A stretch of 64,000 nucleotides of DNA, from positions 1,131 through 65,130 of the forward strand of contig CAYGBX010000009.1 of NCBI GenBank assembly GCA_964348195.1, given 5' to 3'. The notes beneath the pieces were generated by a model. The model did not search any database. It had not been told where the DNA came from and worked only from the letters and a program-made list of their open reading frames with translations. Numbering within the stretch: the stretch's first letter is position 1; each line of letters starts with the position of its first letter. The DNA comes from an uncultured Anaerolineales bacterium. GTDB lineage: Bacteria; Chloroflexota; Anaerolineae; UBA7937; JACPPX01. Below are positions 17,033 through 26,615 of this stretch, piece after piece. Made by a program: the position numbers and the translations under genes.

Positions 17033-18850
17033 CTAGGTAGCGGCAAACACTGCCTCCAGCGCCTCTCCGTCCAGCGTCTCCACCTCCATCAGCTTCTGGG
17101 CCATCCGAACAAGTGTATCCTTGTGCTTGGTCAGGACATCCTTGGCCTGCTTGTGGGCGGCGCCAATGATCCGCTGGACTTCGTCGTCGATGGCCTGGGC
17201 GACCTTCTCGCTGTAGTTCCGCTGTTCGCCAATCTCCCGCCCCAGGAAGACGAGTTCCTCCTTGCGGCCGAACGTCATGGGCCCGAGCCTCTCGCTCATC
17301 CCGAACTCCGTGACCATCCTGCGCGCGACCCGGGTGGCCCGCTCCAGGTCGGACATGGCGCCGGTCGTTACTTCCTCGAAGATCAGCTCCTCTGCGGCAC
17401 GACCGCCCAGCATCATAGCGATGTCGTCCTCAAACTTGGATCGAGAAACGTAGTGCAGGTCATCCTCAGGGAGCGTCAATGTGTAGCCGCCGGCCATGCC
17501 CCGGGCGATGATGGAGACCTTGTGGAGCGGGTCGCAGTGGGGCAGGAGCTTGGCTACCACGGCGTGTCCCGCCTCGTGGTGGGCGGTGATCGACTTCTCG
17601 TGCTCGCTCATGATCCGGCTCTTGCGTTCGGGACCGAGAAGCACCTTCTCTATCGACTCCTGCAGCTCATCAGTGCTGATTGCCTTCTTGTCTCGGCGTG
17701 CTGCCAGGATGGCGGCTTCGTTGACGAGGTTCTCTATGTCCGCGCCGGTGAACCCAGGCGTCTGCTTGGCGATGGACTCCAGATCGACGTCCTTCTCGAT
17801 GGGCTTGCCGCGGATGTGGATCTCCAGGATCCCCTGCCGCCCGCGGACATCGGGGCGGTCGAGGACCACCTGACGGTCAAACCGGCCGGGTCTGAGGAGC
17901 GCCGGATCGAGGATATCGGGCCGGTTGGTGGCGGCGATGATGATCACATTGGTGTCTGTGTCGAATCCATCCATCTCCACCAGGATCTGGTTCAGCGTCT
18001 GCTCCCGCTCGTCGTGGCTCCCCCCCAGGCCCGCGCCTCGGTGCCGGCCCACGGCGTCGATCTCGTCGACGAATACGAGGCTGGGGGAGTTCCTCTTGGC
18101 CTGCTCAAACAGATCTCGGACCCGGGAGGCGCCTACGCCCACGAACATCTCTACAAACTCGGAGCCTGAGATGTTGAAGAAGGGGACCTCGGCCTCTCCT
18201 GCGACCGCGCGGGCCATGAGGGTCTTGCCGCAGCCCGGCGGCCCCACCATCAGGACGCCCTTCGGGATGCGCGCTCCCAGAGCGATGAACTTCTCGGGCT
18301 CTTTGAGGAACTCCACCACTTCCTGGAGCTCGACCTTGGCCTCCTCCACTCCGGCCACGTCGGCGAAGGTCACCGTTGGACGGTCGCCGGTAAACATTCG
18401 CGCCCGACTCTTGCCGAAGGAAAGGGCCTGGTTGTTTCCGCTCTGGGCCTGTCGCATCATGAACAGCAGCAGCCCTCCGAAGAGGAACACCGGCAGGAGT
18501 GAGCTTAGCAGTCCGACATAGTTCCCCAGCTGACTCGGCGGCTCCACTTCGATCTCAATGCTGGCCAGCATGGTCTCTGTCACGCCGAAGCCCGCCAGCA
18601 CGTCGGCGAGATCGATACCACGCTCCTTGAGGGAGCGGGCCTCGGTCCCGTCGCTCTGGGTGATGGTCAGCTGGTCGGTAGAGATCGATATGTGCGCGAC
18701 TCTACCGTCCTTGATCAACTGAGCGACTTGGCTGATGGGGACGGTTTCGGGCTCGCTGGAGGGGCTGAAGAAGTTGAAGGCCAGGGCAAGGACCGCGACG
18801 AGGATGAGGACGTAGACGAGCCCGTTACGGAACCACCTGGAATTCATCAT
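17033..18850 (-). CDS. ftsH: ATP-dependent zinc metalloprotease FtsH
   Basis: Walker [15 protein letters not shown], second region of homology, HEAGHA zinc site and N-terminal TM helices. Confidence 0.97.
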   Translation of the reverse strand: MMNSRWFRNGLVYVLILVAVLALAFNFFSPSSEPETVPISQVAQLIKDGRVAHISISTDQLTITQSDGTEARSLKERGIDLADVLAGFGVTETMLASIEIEVEPPSQLGNYVGLLSSLLPVFLFGGLLLFMMRQAQSGNNQALSFGKSRARMFTGDRPTVTFADVAGVEEAKVELQEVVEFLKEPEKFIALGARIPKGVLMVGPPGCGKTLMARAVAGEAEVPFFNISGSEFVEMFVGVGASRVRDLFEQAKRNSPSLVFVDEIDAVGRHRGAGLGGSHDEREQTLNQILVEMDGFDTDTNVIIIAATNRPDILDPALLRPGRFDRQVVLDRPDVRGRQGILEIHIRGKPIEKDVDLESIAKQTPGFTGADIENLVNEAAILAARRDKKAISTDELQESIEKVLLGPERKSRIMSEHEKSITAHHEAGHAVVAKLLPHCDPLHKVSIIARGMAGGYTLTLPEDDLHYVSRSKFEDDIAMMLGGRAAEELIFEEVTTGAMSDLERATRVARRMVTEFGMSERLGPMTFGRKEELVFLGREIGEQRNYSEKVAQAIDDEVQRIIGAAHKQAKDVLTKHKDTLVRMAQKLMEVETLDGEALEAVFAAT

Positions 18851-18928
18851 GGTCGGTGTTTCGATCCTCCCGGGGGACGTCGGAGGACCGTAGGGTCGCT
18901 CCGCAGCGACCCCCTCCGAGCGATTTTA

Positions 18929-18937
18929 ATTATATCA
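18929..18937 (-). promoter_or_regulatory. candidate extended -10 element for ftsH
   Basis: The minus strand reads TGATATAAT in a local low-GC patch about 80 nt upstream of the ftsH ATG. No good -35. Confidence 0.35.
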
Positions 18938-19018
18938 GAGTGACCTACCCCCTGCCAGTAGGAATACTTACCTACGCGAACGGCTCCAGCGTCGGGCCCT
19001 ATCCGACGCTCCGCGAAG

Positions 19019-19285
19019 CGCGGCGGCTCGTCCGTTCGATCGCCGCTGCACGGCAGGATTGGCGCAGCCTCTTTCCTGCGCTTGGTGCCCCCTCGCGCAG
19101 CGGCTTCCCCTTTCGCTGGCCGCTGGCGGCTTGCCCCTTTCGCTCGCCGCTGGCGGCTCGCCCCTCAGCTTGACGCCCGCTGAACTTCTCGGCCAGCCAG
19201 GTGCTCTTCCCGTGCTGGCCGCCGCTTGCGCAGCGGCTCGCCCCTCGGCTTGCCGCTGGCTGTGCCTCTGCGTGATCGCCGGTGC
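19019..19285. repeat. largest array of the core repeat family (about 8 degenerate 25-40 bp units, minus orientation)
   Basis: Units include 19096-19120 CGCAGCGGCTTCCCCTTTCGCTGGC, 19121-19147 CGCTGGCGGCTTGCCCCTTTCGCTCGC and 19148-19177 CGCTGGCGGCTCGCCCCTCAGCTTGACGCC. The reverse complement is GCGAGCGAAAGGGGCAAGCCGCCAGCG. Confidence 0.75.
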
Positions 19286-19313
19286 TTTTCTGCGTGCGAG
19301 TAGCCGGACTAGA

Positions 19314-19964
19314 ATGAACCTATCCATGGTGGCTTCCCCGCGGGGGCCTATGCCCTCGATCGAAAAGGCGATAGCGCTTGCGGAAGAAGCCCTTCCGCAG
19401 GGACCTCCCGGGCGAGACAGGCCCTTCCTTGTCCTCCTCTCAGGTCTCCCCGGAACCGGCAAGAGCCACTTTGCCCGCCTTCTTGCGGCAGAACGGCCGT
19501 TCCTGATTGTGGAAAGCGATCGGATCCGCAAGGCGCTCTTTGCCCAGCCAGACTACTCCTCCGCGGAGAGCGCCCTCGTGCATCGGACCTGCCACGCCCT
19601 CATCGATCGGAAGCTTGCCGAAGGGTTGACCGTGATCTATGACGCAACGAACCTGATCAAGCACTTCCGCGAGAAGGTATATCGGGTGGCTCGCAGGCGG
19701 GGAGCGGGGCTCCTGGTCGTGCGAACAGTGGCCTCAGAGCAGGTGGTTCTGGAGAGACTCCAGGCTCGCGCGCGCAACACGCACCACGGCCATGGCCAGA
19801 GGGAGTCCGACCATAGCAGTCTTGACGACCAGTCGGACGCCGACTGGCAGGTGTACCAACTCCTCTTGGATAGCGAGGAGCCGATCGCCGTTCCCCACCT
19901 CGTGGTGCACACTGCCCAGGACGCGGAGTCCGGAGTGGCTAAGGTCCTCGAGGCCTTGGGGTGA
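19314..19964 (+). CDS. P-loop kinase-like ATPase (AAA_33 / zeta-toxin-like fold)
   Basis: LLSGLPGTGKSHFA Walker A and IYDATN. The 5' part of the track ORF (19059-19313) is the repeat array. The start may be ATG 19314 or ATG 19326. Confidence 0.6.
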   Translation: MNLSMVASPRGPMPSIEKAIALAEEALPQGPPGRDRPFLVLLSGLPGTGKSHFARLLAAERPFLIVESDRIRKALFAQPDYSSAESALVHRTCHALIDRKLAEGLTVIYDATNLIKHFREKVYRVARRRGAGLLVVRTVASEQVVLERLQARARNTHHGHGQRESDHSSLDDQSDADWQVYQLLLDSEEPIAVPHLVVHTAQDAESGVAKVLEALG

Positions 19965-20929
19965 TGCGGGCGCTGGTGATCTTCAACCCTGTCGCCGGGC
20001 TGCGCGAGGCCCGGCCCGAACTGGAGCGGGCTCTATGGGTGTTCGGGCGGGAAGACTGGGAGGTCTCCGTTGCAGAGACGGGGGGGCCGGGGCAGGCCCT
20101 GGAGATAAGTCGCGACGCCGCTGCGCGAGGCTACCAAGCAGTTGTGGCCGCGGGCGGGGACGGGACCCTCAACGAGGTGGTGAACGGGATCGTGGGAAGT
20201 GACCTCCTTCTGGGGGTCCTGCCGTTGGGGGTGGGAAACGTTTGGGCCCGAGAGATCGGCGTTCCCACAGCCATGGCGTTCCCGCCCGACCTGAGGATGG
20301 CGGCGGAGAAGCTCACCTCGGGACGGGTGTACCGGGTGGATGTGGGCAAGGCGAACGAGCGGTACTTCCTCCTCTGGGCGGGGGTCGGGTTCGACGCCAG
20401 CGTCGCGGAGGCACTTGATCATCGACTGAAGAAGCGGCTGGGAGCGGTCGCCTTCCTCCTGGCTGGAGCCAAGGCCCTGGAGACGCTGAGCGCCTCCGCC
20501 GTGAGGATCACGGTGGATCAACACGAGAGGTCACGGGATGTGGTGCTGGTGGAGGTCTCCAACGCTCAGACATATGCATCGATTGCCCGGCTGGCGACGG
20601 AAGCCTGCCTGGACGATGGGCTTCTCGACGTGACGGTGTTCAGAGGACGGGGCCGCCTGGATGCAGCGAGGCACCTGGGGGCGCTCCTCCTCGGCAGGCA
20701 CCGCCTACATCCCCAGGTGGAGGAGCTGCGGGGCCGCGAGGTGTCGATCACTTCCGAACGGCCGTTGAGCCTTCATCTGGACGGGGAGCCGGCGGGGACC
20801 ACCCCCGTTGATGTTTCGGTCGAGCCGCGGGCCCTGCGTGCCATCGTGCCGCGCGATGTCCGGCCTGGCTTGTTTCGTGAGCCGCCGGAGCGGGACGAGG
20901 TCGCCGCGGTGCCTCTTCTCCAAACCTAG
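19961..20929 (+). CDS. diacylglycerol-kinase-family lipid kinase (YegS/BmrU-like)
   Basis: VVAAGGDGTLNEVVNGI, LGVLPLGVGN and a C-terminal DGE motif. 4-nt overlap with the upstream gene. Confidence 0.85.
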   Translation: MMRALVIFNPVAGLREARPELERALWVFGREDWEVSVAETGGPGQALEISRDAAARGYQAVVAAGGDGTLNEVVNGIVGSDLLLGVLPLGVGNVWAREIGVPTAMAFPPDLRMAAEKLTSGRVYRVDVGKANERYFLLWAGVGFDASVAEALDHRLKKRLGAVAFLLAGAKALETLSASAVRITVDQHERSRDVVLVEVSNAQTYASIARLATEACLDDGLLDVTVFRGRGRLDAARHLGALLLGRHRLHPQVEELRGREVSITSERPLSLHLDGEPAGTTPVDVSVEPRALRAIVPRDVRPGLFREPPERDEVAAVPLLQT

Positions 20930-21017
20930 CGGGCGCCTTCGCCAGCTAGGCGGGTTTGGCGCGGGCCGGGACAGAAAGGTATAATCCCCCGTCGAGAAAC
21001 CCGAGAGGAATGGAAGT

Positions 21018-21236
21018 GTGGTAACGTATCTTCGCATCGCGCAGCTCCTGATCGCCATCGTGTTGATCGTCGCCATCCTGCTTCAGTCCAAGGGCACCGG
21101 CCTCGGCAGCTTCTTGGGCGGCGACGGTGGCATCTACCGGACGCGACGTGGCGTGGAGAGGACGCTCTTCAACCTTACCATCCTCCTGGCGGCCGTCTTC
21201 TTTGTCGTCTCCACGGCAGCCGTGATCCTCCAATAG
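21018..21236 (+). CDS. secG: preprotein translocase subunit SecG
   Basis: 72 aa with two TM helices. ILLQSKGTGLGSFLGG is the SecG signature. Confidence 0.85.
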   Translation: MVTYLRIAQLLIAIVLIVAILLQSKGTGLGSFLGGDGGIYRTRRGVERTLFNLTILLAAVFFVVSTAAVILQ

Positions 21237-21257
21237 GCGGACGAGGGTGAAAGCACC

Positions 21258-22907
21258 TTGATCCGTCGCATCCGCTGGCAAGCCGTCACCGCCGTCCTCG
21301 GGGCGGCGGTCTTATTGGGGGTGATGACCTATCTCGCCTTCACAACCACGACGGTCGTTGTCCCTGAGGAGGGTGGAAGCTACGTGGAGGGGGTGGTGGG
21401 ACGGCCGTCTCACATCAATCCCCTGCTCAGCGGGTTCAATCAAGTCGACGGCGACCTGGTGGCACTGGTGTTCTCAGGTCTCACGCGGGTGGACGAGGGT
21501 GGCCGAGTGGAGCCAGAGTTGGCGATCAACTGGACCGTCTCGGACGGAGGCCGGTCCTACCGATTTCGGCTGCGAGATGACGTAGTGTGGCACGACGGAG
21601 TGCCGTTCGGCGCCCAGGACGTCGTGTTTACCATCCAGGCCATCCAGGACCCAGACTTCCAAGGACCCCCGGAGTTGGCGGGGTTCTGGCAGGCAGTCCA
21701 GGTGGACGCACCGGATGACACTACCGTCGTCTTCACCCTGCCGGCCCCGTTCGCACCGTTTCTCACCTACACAGACCTCCCGCTTCTTCCCAAACACCTT
21801 CTCGAGCGGGTCCTGGCACGAGACCTGGCTCGGGATGCCTTCAACGCCCGCCCGGTCGGCACCGGCCCCTTCATGGTGCGCGAAGTGTCGGCGCGCTCGG
21901 CCATCCTCGAGCGAAACCCGCGCTACTATGGAGAGCCGAGTCGGCTGGACCGGGTGGAGTTTCGGTTCTATCCAGACCACGCCAGCGTGTTGGATGCCTA
22001 CCTCGAGGAAGAGGTGGACGGGCTGGGTGGCGTCACGCCGCAGGAACTGGAGGCTCTGCGCGGAATTGAGTCGCTTTCCATCTACTCGGCCCCCATGGCA
22101 GGCTACGAATTGGTCTTCTTGAACCTGTCCCATCCCGTTCTCGGACAGGGGGCAGTTCGACGGGCCATGCATCTCGCTCTCGATCGTCAGGGGTTGATCG
22201 ACACCGTGCTGGGTGGACAGGGGCTGCCAGCTTACAGTCCCATCCTTCCTCAGTCCTGGGCCTACAGCCGCGAGGCAACCTTCCTGCCTCGGGATGCCCA
22301 GGCGGCGGAGTCGATCCTGCAGGAGGAGGGGTGGACCGACGGCGACGGCGACGGGGTGCGGGAGAAGGATGGGGTGGCGCTCGCGTTCACCTTGACCACC
22401 GATCAGGATCCCTACCGTCAGCAGATCTCTGAGGAGATAGTCCGACAGATGCAGCCCTTGGGGTTTCGCATTCGCATCCGCACTCTGCCGGCGGCTGACC
22501 TGGTGAGAAACGCGCTGAGGCCCGGCAGCTTCGACGCGTTGCTCTTCCGATGGGCGAGGCTTCCTGCCGACCCCGATCCCTATGAGATGTGGCACTCGAG
22601 CCAGATACCCAATCAGGGGCAGAACTTCGGGGGATTTGGCAACCGGGACGTGGATGAGATCTTGGAGCAAGCTCGGATGACGGTGGATGTCGCCCGGCGC
22701 CGAGAGCTCTACGTAAGATTTCAGGAATTGTTTGTCCAGGAGGTTCCAGCGATCCCGCTCTACCATCCTATCTACAGCTACGCAGTAGATGAGAGGGTGG
22801 GCGGGATCCAGCTAGGGCCGGTTCGCGATCCGAGCGATCGTTTCGCCACCATCAGCGAGTGGTTTGTGAACATCCGACGCGTGACGGTGTCGGAGAGCGA
22901 GGAATGA
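21258..22907 (+). CDS. family 5 (peptide/nickel-type) ABC substrate-binding protein, orphan
   Basis: 549 aa with an N-terminal anchor. WHDG.PF.A.DV.F, NP.YYG and other SBP_bac_5 landmarks. Confidence 0.8.
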   Translation: MIRRIRWQAVTAVLGAAVLLGVMTYLAFTTTTVVVPEEGGSYVEGVVGRPSHINPLLSGFNQVDGDLVALVFSGLTRVDEGGRVEPELAINWTVSDGGRSYRFRLRDDVVWHDGVPFGAQDVVFTIQAIQDPDFQGPPELAGFWQAVQVDAPDDTTVVFTLPAPFAPFLTYTDLPLLPKHLLERVLARDLARDAFNARPVGTGPFMVREVSARSAILERNPRYYGEPSRLDRVEFRFYPDHASVLDAYLEEEVDGLGGVTPQELEALRGIESLSIYSAPMAGYELVFLNLSHPVLGQGAVRRAMHLALDRQGLIDTVLGGQGLPAYSPILPQSWAYSREATFLPRDAQAAESILQEEGWTDGDGDGVREKDGVALAFTLTTDQDPYRQQISEEIVRQMQPLGFRIRIRTLPAADLVRNALRPGSFDALLFRWARLPADPDPYEMWHSSQIPNQGQNFGGFGNRDVDEILEQARMTVDVARRRELYVRFQELFVQEVPAIPLYHPIYSYAVDERVGGIQLGPVRDPSDRFATISEWFVNIRRVTVSESEE

Positions 22908-22947
22908 ATTGACGGAGTAGGGTGAAGATGTAAGAATTGGAGTCGGC

Positions 22948-23032
22948 GCCGAGGTGGCGGAATTGGCAGACGCGCTGCGTTCAGGGCGCAGTGGGCCCCG
23001 CGCCCGTGGGGGTTCGACTCCCCCCCTCGGCA
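22948..23032 (+). tRNA. tRNA-Leu (CAG)
   Basis: GCCGAGG acceptor stem, anticodon loop TTCAGGG, long variable arm, GGGGG-TTCGACT-CCCCC T arm, discriminator A. CCA is not encoded. Confidence 0.9.
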
Positions 23033-23039
23033 CAGACAA

Positions 23040-23076
23040 GAGCCCTGCCGATCGGCAGGGCTCTCGCTTTGGCTTT
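23040..23076. terminator. bidirectional hairpin terminator
   Basis: GAGCCCTGCCG-AT-CGGCAGGGCTC followed by TCGCTTTGGCTTT. Lies between tRNA-Leu (+) and the minus-strand stop at 23095. Confidence 0.6.
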
Positions 23077-23094
23077 CGCCAGGCAAGCGGATGG

Positions 23095-24225
23095 CTAGAC
23101 AGTGAGGTACAGGTCGGTGAGGCGATCGCTGGCGGGCCGCTCCTCGCGGTCGGATGGTCGGTGCGGCTCCCGCTCTGGGTCGCGCTCGCGGGGCTCTCGC
23201 AGCACGGCGACGCCCTTGGCCAGCAGGGACCCGTCATCCTGCATCACGCCGGCCGCGCCGATGCGATCTCCCACTTTGATGTCTGAGAACTCAGGATCAG
23301 GGTCGCCCGGTATGAAGTAGCGAGTATCCGCGTTGGTCATGATGACGTTGCCGTTCTCCAGGATGAGGGAGGAGCCCCGGATCTCGGCTACGGTGCCACG
23401 CATGGTCGCGCCTCGCTCCTGCGGCCGGTGGCGGAGGACCGCCACCACGTTGGCGGTGATGGCGCCCTCCCCGTGCTCCTCGCCCCACACGGCGACGAAG
23501 TTGCCGACCTGGATGTCCTCAAGGCTTGGATCGTCGTCGCCCGGAATCTTGAACTCCGTCTGGGCGTTCGTGACTACGCGGACCTGACCGTCGCGCGTGT
23601 TGAGCAGAAGGGTCGCTCCCTGAATCTCGGCGACCTGGCCGATCACGGTGGGACGGCGGATGTCGTGAGGGAGGACGGCTACGCCTTTGGCCAGGAGCTG
23701 GCCCTCGTCGTTGAAGGATCCAGCCGCTACCACGCGGTCCTGCAGCTTGATGTCGTTCACGGTGGGATTCTCGACCCCCGGGATCCGGAACTTGGTCTCG
23801 TCGTTCGTCAGCACCGTCACCGTGCGATCTGGGGTCTGAACCGTGAGTGCCGTGCCCTCCTTGGCCGTAACGACTCCGCGAATGGCATGGGGACGGGCGC
23901 GGTGAGGAAGGACGACGACAAACTTGGCGTGGAGAACCTTGTCCCCGGTCCACTCACCGCGGGCGCCGATGAAGTCCCCTTCGTTGATGTCGTCGATGCT
24001 GGGGTCTTGTACTCCCGGAATCTTGAAGATGGTGTTGGCGTCGGTCTGTACTCGGGCCTCGCCATCCCGGGTCAGAACCACCAGCGTCGCGCCCTGGACC
24101 GAAAGGACCTTGCCGAGCAGACCCCGGGACTTGGGGCCGCCCTCGGCGAATGCCGGGGTGGCCAGGGAGAGGATCAGGCCGAGGAGGATCAGGCTGCTCA
24201 TGATCTTGGCGGTCTTGCCTTTCAT
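23095..24225 (-). CDS. secreted protein with four internal ~70-aa repeats (DUF5666-like)
   Basis: Signal peptide, then four repeats of the pattern G.V....G..L.V.T.DG...V.T...T.F.IPG...P...DI..GD.....G.......L.A..V.VL.H. Charged C-terminal tail. Confidence 0.6.
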   Translation of the reverse strand: MKGKTAKIMSSLILLGLILSLATPAFAEGGPKSRGLLGKVLSVQGATLVVLTRDGEARVQTDANTIFKIPGVQDPSIDDINEGDFIGARGEWTGDKVLHAKFVVVLPHRARPHAIRGVVTAKEGTALTVQTPDRTVTVLTNDETKFRIPGVENPTVNDIKLQDRVVAAGSFNDEGQLLAKGVAVLPHDIRRPTVIGQVAEIQGATLLLNTRDGQVRVVTNAQTEFKIPGDDDPSLEDIQVGNFVAVWGEEHGEGAITANVVAVLRHRPQERGATMRGTVAEIRGSSLILENGNVIMTNADTRYFIPGDPDPEFSDIKVGDRIGAAGVMQDDGSLLAKGVAVLREPRERDPEREPHRPSDREERPASDRLTDLYLTV

Positions 24226-24282
24226 CTCGCACCTCCTGTGAATGGATCCGACCCAAAGTATGGGAGAGGTGCGTCAGCGGAC

Positions 24283-24399
24283 GGTCAGGGGAATGTAAGG
24301 GGATTGAAAAGGCTGGCTTGCGCCAGGAAAGAGACTGAAAAGGCTGGCTGGCGCCCGGAAGGAGATCGAAAGGGCTGGCTGGACCCAGAAAGGGGATCG
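24283..24399. repeat. 31-bp tandem repeat, 3 full copies plus partial flanks
   Basis: 24302-24332 GATTGAAAAGGCTGGCTTGCGCCAGGAAAGA, 24333-24363 GACTGAAAAGGCTGGCTGGCGCCCGGAAGGA, 24364-24394 GATCGAAAGGGCTGGCTGGACCCAGAAAGGG. Confidence 0.85.
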
Positions 24400-24536
24400 T
24401 ATACACAGCTGCCCAGTGACGCGAGAAGCTGGCGTGCTGTCTGCCGACAGTCAGCCGGCCGGAGTCGGAAGGGGAGGACGCAAGGATGCTGGGATAGACG
24501 GGAGGAGGCTGCGGGTTCGGTCCGAGCAGACGCCAG

Positions 24537-25691
24537 TCAGGCGATGGCGTCGATGCCCAGGGCGTTGCGGGCCACGATCAGCTTCTGGATCTCGGTCGTG
24601 CCCTCATAGAGGGAGGCCACCCGCGCGTCGCGCATGTGCCGCTCCACCGGGTACTCATCGGAGTAGCCGTACCCCCCGTGGACCTGGATTGCCTTGTTGG
24701 CAACGCGGAAGGCGGCCTCTGACGCGTACAGTTTGGCGAGCGAGGTCTCGAGGGTGCTTCTCTTCCCCTGGTTCTTGACGTGTCCGGCCCGGTATACCAG
24801 GAGTCTCGCTGCCTCCGTTTCCACGATCATGTCTGCGATCAGTTCCTGGACGAGCTGGAAGGAGCCGATGGGGCGGTCAAACTGCGTCCGCTCTTGTGCG
24901 TACTTGACGCTGGCGTCGATGCAGGCCTGGGCGAGCCCCACACAGCCGGCCGCCACGCCATATCTGCCGTTGTCGAGCGCGCTCATGGCAATGGCGAACC
25001 CCTTTCCGACCTCCCCGAGGAGATTCTCCTCGGGAACGCGGACGTCTTGGAGGATGAGCTCAGCGGTGTTCGAGGCTCGAAGCCCGAGCTTCCCCTTGAT
25101 GTCTTGGGTCTCGTACCCGGGCGTGTCGCGCTCAACGAGGTATGCGGCGATGCCTCGGTGACGGGACCCAGGCTCGGTCTGACCGAAGATGATAGCCAGA
25201 TCGGCGACCCCGCCGTTGGAGATCCAGGTCTTGGTTCCGTTGAGGACCCACTCCGCCCCCTCACGGACGGCCGAGGTTTGCAGGGAAGCCGGATCGGATC
25301 CGGCACCAGGCTCCGTGAGGCCGAAGCAACCCAGGATCTCGGAGCGGGCCAGTCGGGGGAGGTACTTGCGCTTCTGCGCCTCGGTCCCCCACTGAAGTAT
25401 TGTCAGCTCTACGAGGGAGAGCTGCACGGATAGTGTGGTACGGATGGATGAATCGGCGTAGCCGATCTCTTCGAAGAGGATGGCCTCAGAGATGAAGTCC
25501 AGCCCCATCCCCCCGTACTCCTGAGGCACGGGGGCTCCGGTGAAGCCCAGCTCTCCCATCTTGCGGATGATCTCGTCGGGGAACCGCTCCTCGCGGTCGT
25601 TCTCCCGCGCGTAGGGCAGAATCTCCCGGGCGGCGAACTCCCGAACTGTGCGCTGGATCATCTTTTGCTCTTCGGTCAGGTCAAACTCCAC
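24537..25691 (-). CDS. acyl-CoA dehydrogenase (short/medium-chain type)
   Basis: 384 aa. Landmarks LTEPGAGSD, WISNG and a C-terminal YEGT.EIQ. Confidence 0.9.
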   Translation of the reverse strand: MEFDLTEEQKMIQRTVREFAAREILPYARENDREERFPDEIIRKMGELGFTGAPVPQEYGGMGLDFISEAILFEEIGYADSSIRTTLSVQLSLVELTILQWGTEAQKRKYLPRLARSEILGCFGLTEPGAGSDPASLQTSAVREGAEWVLNGTKTWISNGGVADLAIIFGQTEPGSRHRGIAAYLVERDTPGYETQDIKGKLGLRASNTAELILQDVRVPEENLLGEVGKGFAIAMSALDNGRYGVAAGCVGLAQACIDASVKYAQERTQFDRPIGSFQLVQELIADMIVETEAARLLVYRAGHVKNQGKRSTLETSLAKLYASEAAFRVANKAIQVHGGYGYSDEYPVERHMRDARVASLYEGTTEIQKLIVARNALGIDAIA

Positions 25692-25782
25692 CTTGCTCCT
25701 CCTAGCGGGGCCGTCAGTCTATCAGCCGTGCTGGCGAGGGTCAATCGAGCTGTGCTGGAGATGATCGACCGGACGAACAATG

Positions 25783-25801
25783 CCCCCGTCCAGGACGGGG
25801 G
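25783..25801 (-). terminator. possible hairpin terminator downstream of the DtxR-family gene
   Basis: CCCCCGTC-CAG-GACGGGGG. On the minus strand it is followed by CATTGTT, a weak U tract. Confidence 0.3.
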
Positions 25802-25836
25802 GCTGAGTCGTATGGTGGACGAGGTAGCCGGGCAGA

Positions 25837-26517
25837 CTAGGCCGGTTCCTCTACGTACAACTGGGAGGCGAGTTCCGCCCCCAGGGTCACGTCTTTTCCC
25901 CCCACGCGGAGCCGCACGGGTCCACCGAAGGGCTGCGTCTCGACGAAGGTGACCGGGACGTCCTGGGCAAACCCGAGGCTGCCGAGGTGGCGGAGAACCT
26001 GTGGCTCGGTGTTGGCGCTGCGCCGGAAGGGTCCGCCTTCGTCCTTGCGGAGATCTGTCACACAGAGCAGTCTCAGCTCTGGTAGGGAACCATCCTTGCG
26101 AGGGATGGGATCGCCATGAGGGCACGTCCGGGGGTGTCCCAGCAGCGTCTCCGCCCGATCGGCGAACGCCTCGGAGATCACGTGCTCTAGACGGTCGGCC
26201 TCGTCATCGACCTCGTCCCAGCCGAATCCCATCGCATCCGCGAGATATCGCTCGACCAGTCTATGGTGTCGGATGAGCCGAAGGGCGATCTTCTTTCCAG
26301 CGGCTGTCAGAAGTGCCCCTCGCTGGGCGGTGCGTACGGCCAGTCCCCGAGCCACCAGAGCCTCCACCTGGTACCGCGCGGCGGGCACTGTGACCCCTGC
26401 GCGTCGAGCCAGGGCAGTGAGTGTGACACCTCGGGATCCATCCTGACTCTTGAAGATGGTCTTGAGGTACTCCTCTGCGGTTTCGCTAAGGGCCGCTTGG
26501 CTCACTTGGCTAGGCAT
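25837..26517 (-). CDS. DtxR/IdeR/MntR-family metal-dependent regulator with C-terminal FeoA/SH3-like domain
   Basis: N-terminal wHTH (EEYLKTIF...VTLTALARRAGVTVPAARYQVEALVARGL), a metal-binding/dimerisation region (HHRLVERYL...CPHGDPIP) and a FeoA-like tail. Confidence 0.85.
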   Translation of the reverse strand: MPSQVSQAALSETAEEYLKTIFKSQDGSRGVTLTALARRAGVTVPAARYQVEALVARGLAVRTAQRGALLTAAGKKIALRLIRHHRLVERYLADAMGFGWDEVDDEADRLEHVISEAFADRAETLLGHPRTCPHGDPIPRKDGSLPELRLLCVTDLRKDEGGPFRRSANTEPQVLRHLGSLGFAQDVPVTFVETQPFGGPVRLRVGGKDVTLGAELASQLYVEEPA

Positions 26518-26615
26518 GCTTGTCCAGGGAATGACAGGCGCTCGGATTGAAAGACATTATAGGTCAGGGGGAAAACCTCCTCAAAATGCTCCTAGGGAGA
26601 GTTTTTATCATCTGG

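Noticed and set aside
17030-18169. Long antisense ORFs opposite well-supported genes: 17030-18169 vs ftsH, 10957-12111, 14087-15178, 23428-24609, 47636-48958, 52384-54213, 55712-56797, 57353-58555, 58929-60095, 61188-62213
   Set aside because: These are shadow ORFs typical of high-GC DNA. Their products are Arg/Pro/Gly/His-rich without motifs, while the opposite strand encodes proteins with clear family signatures.
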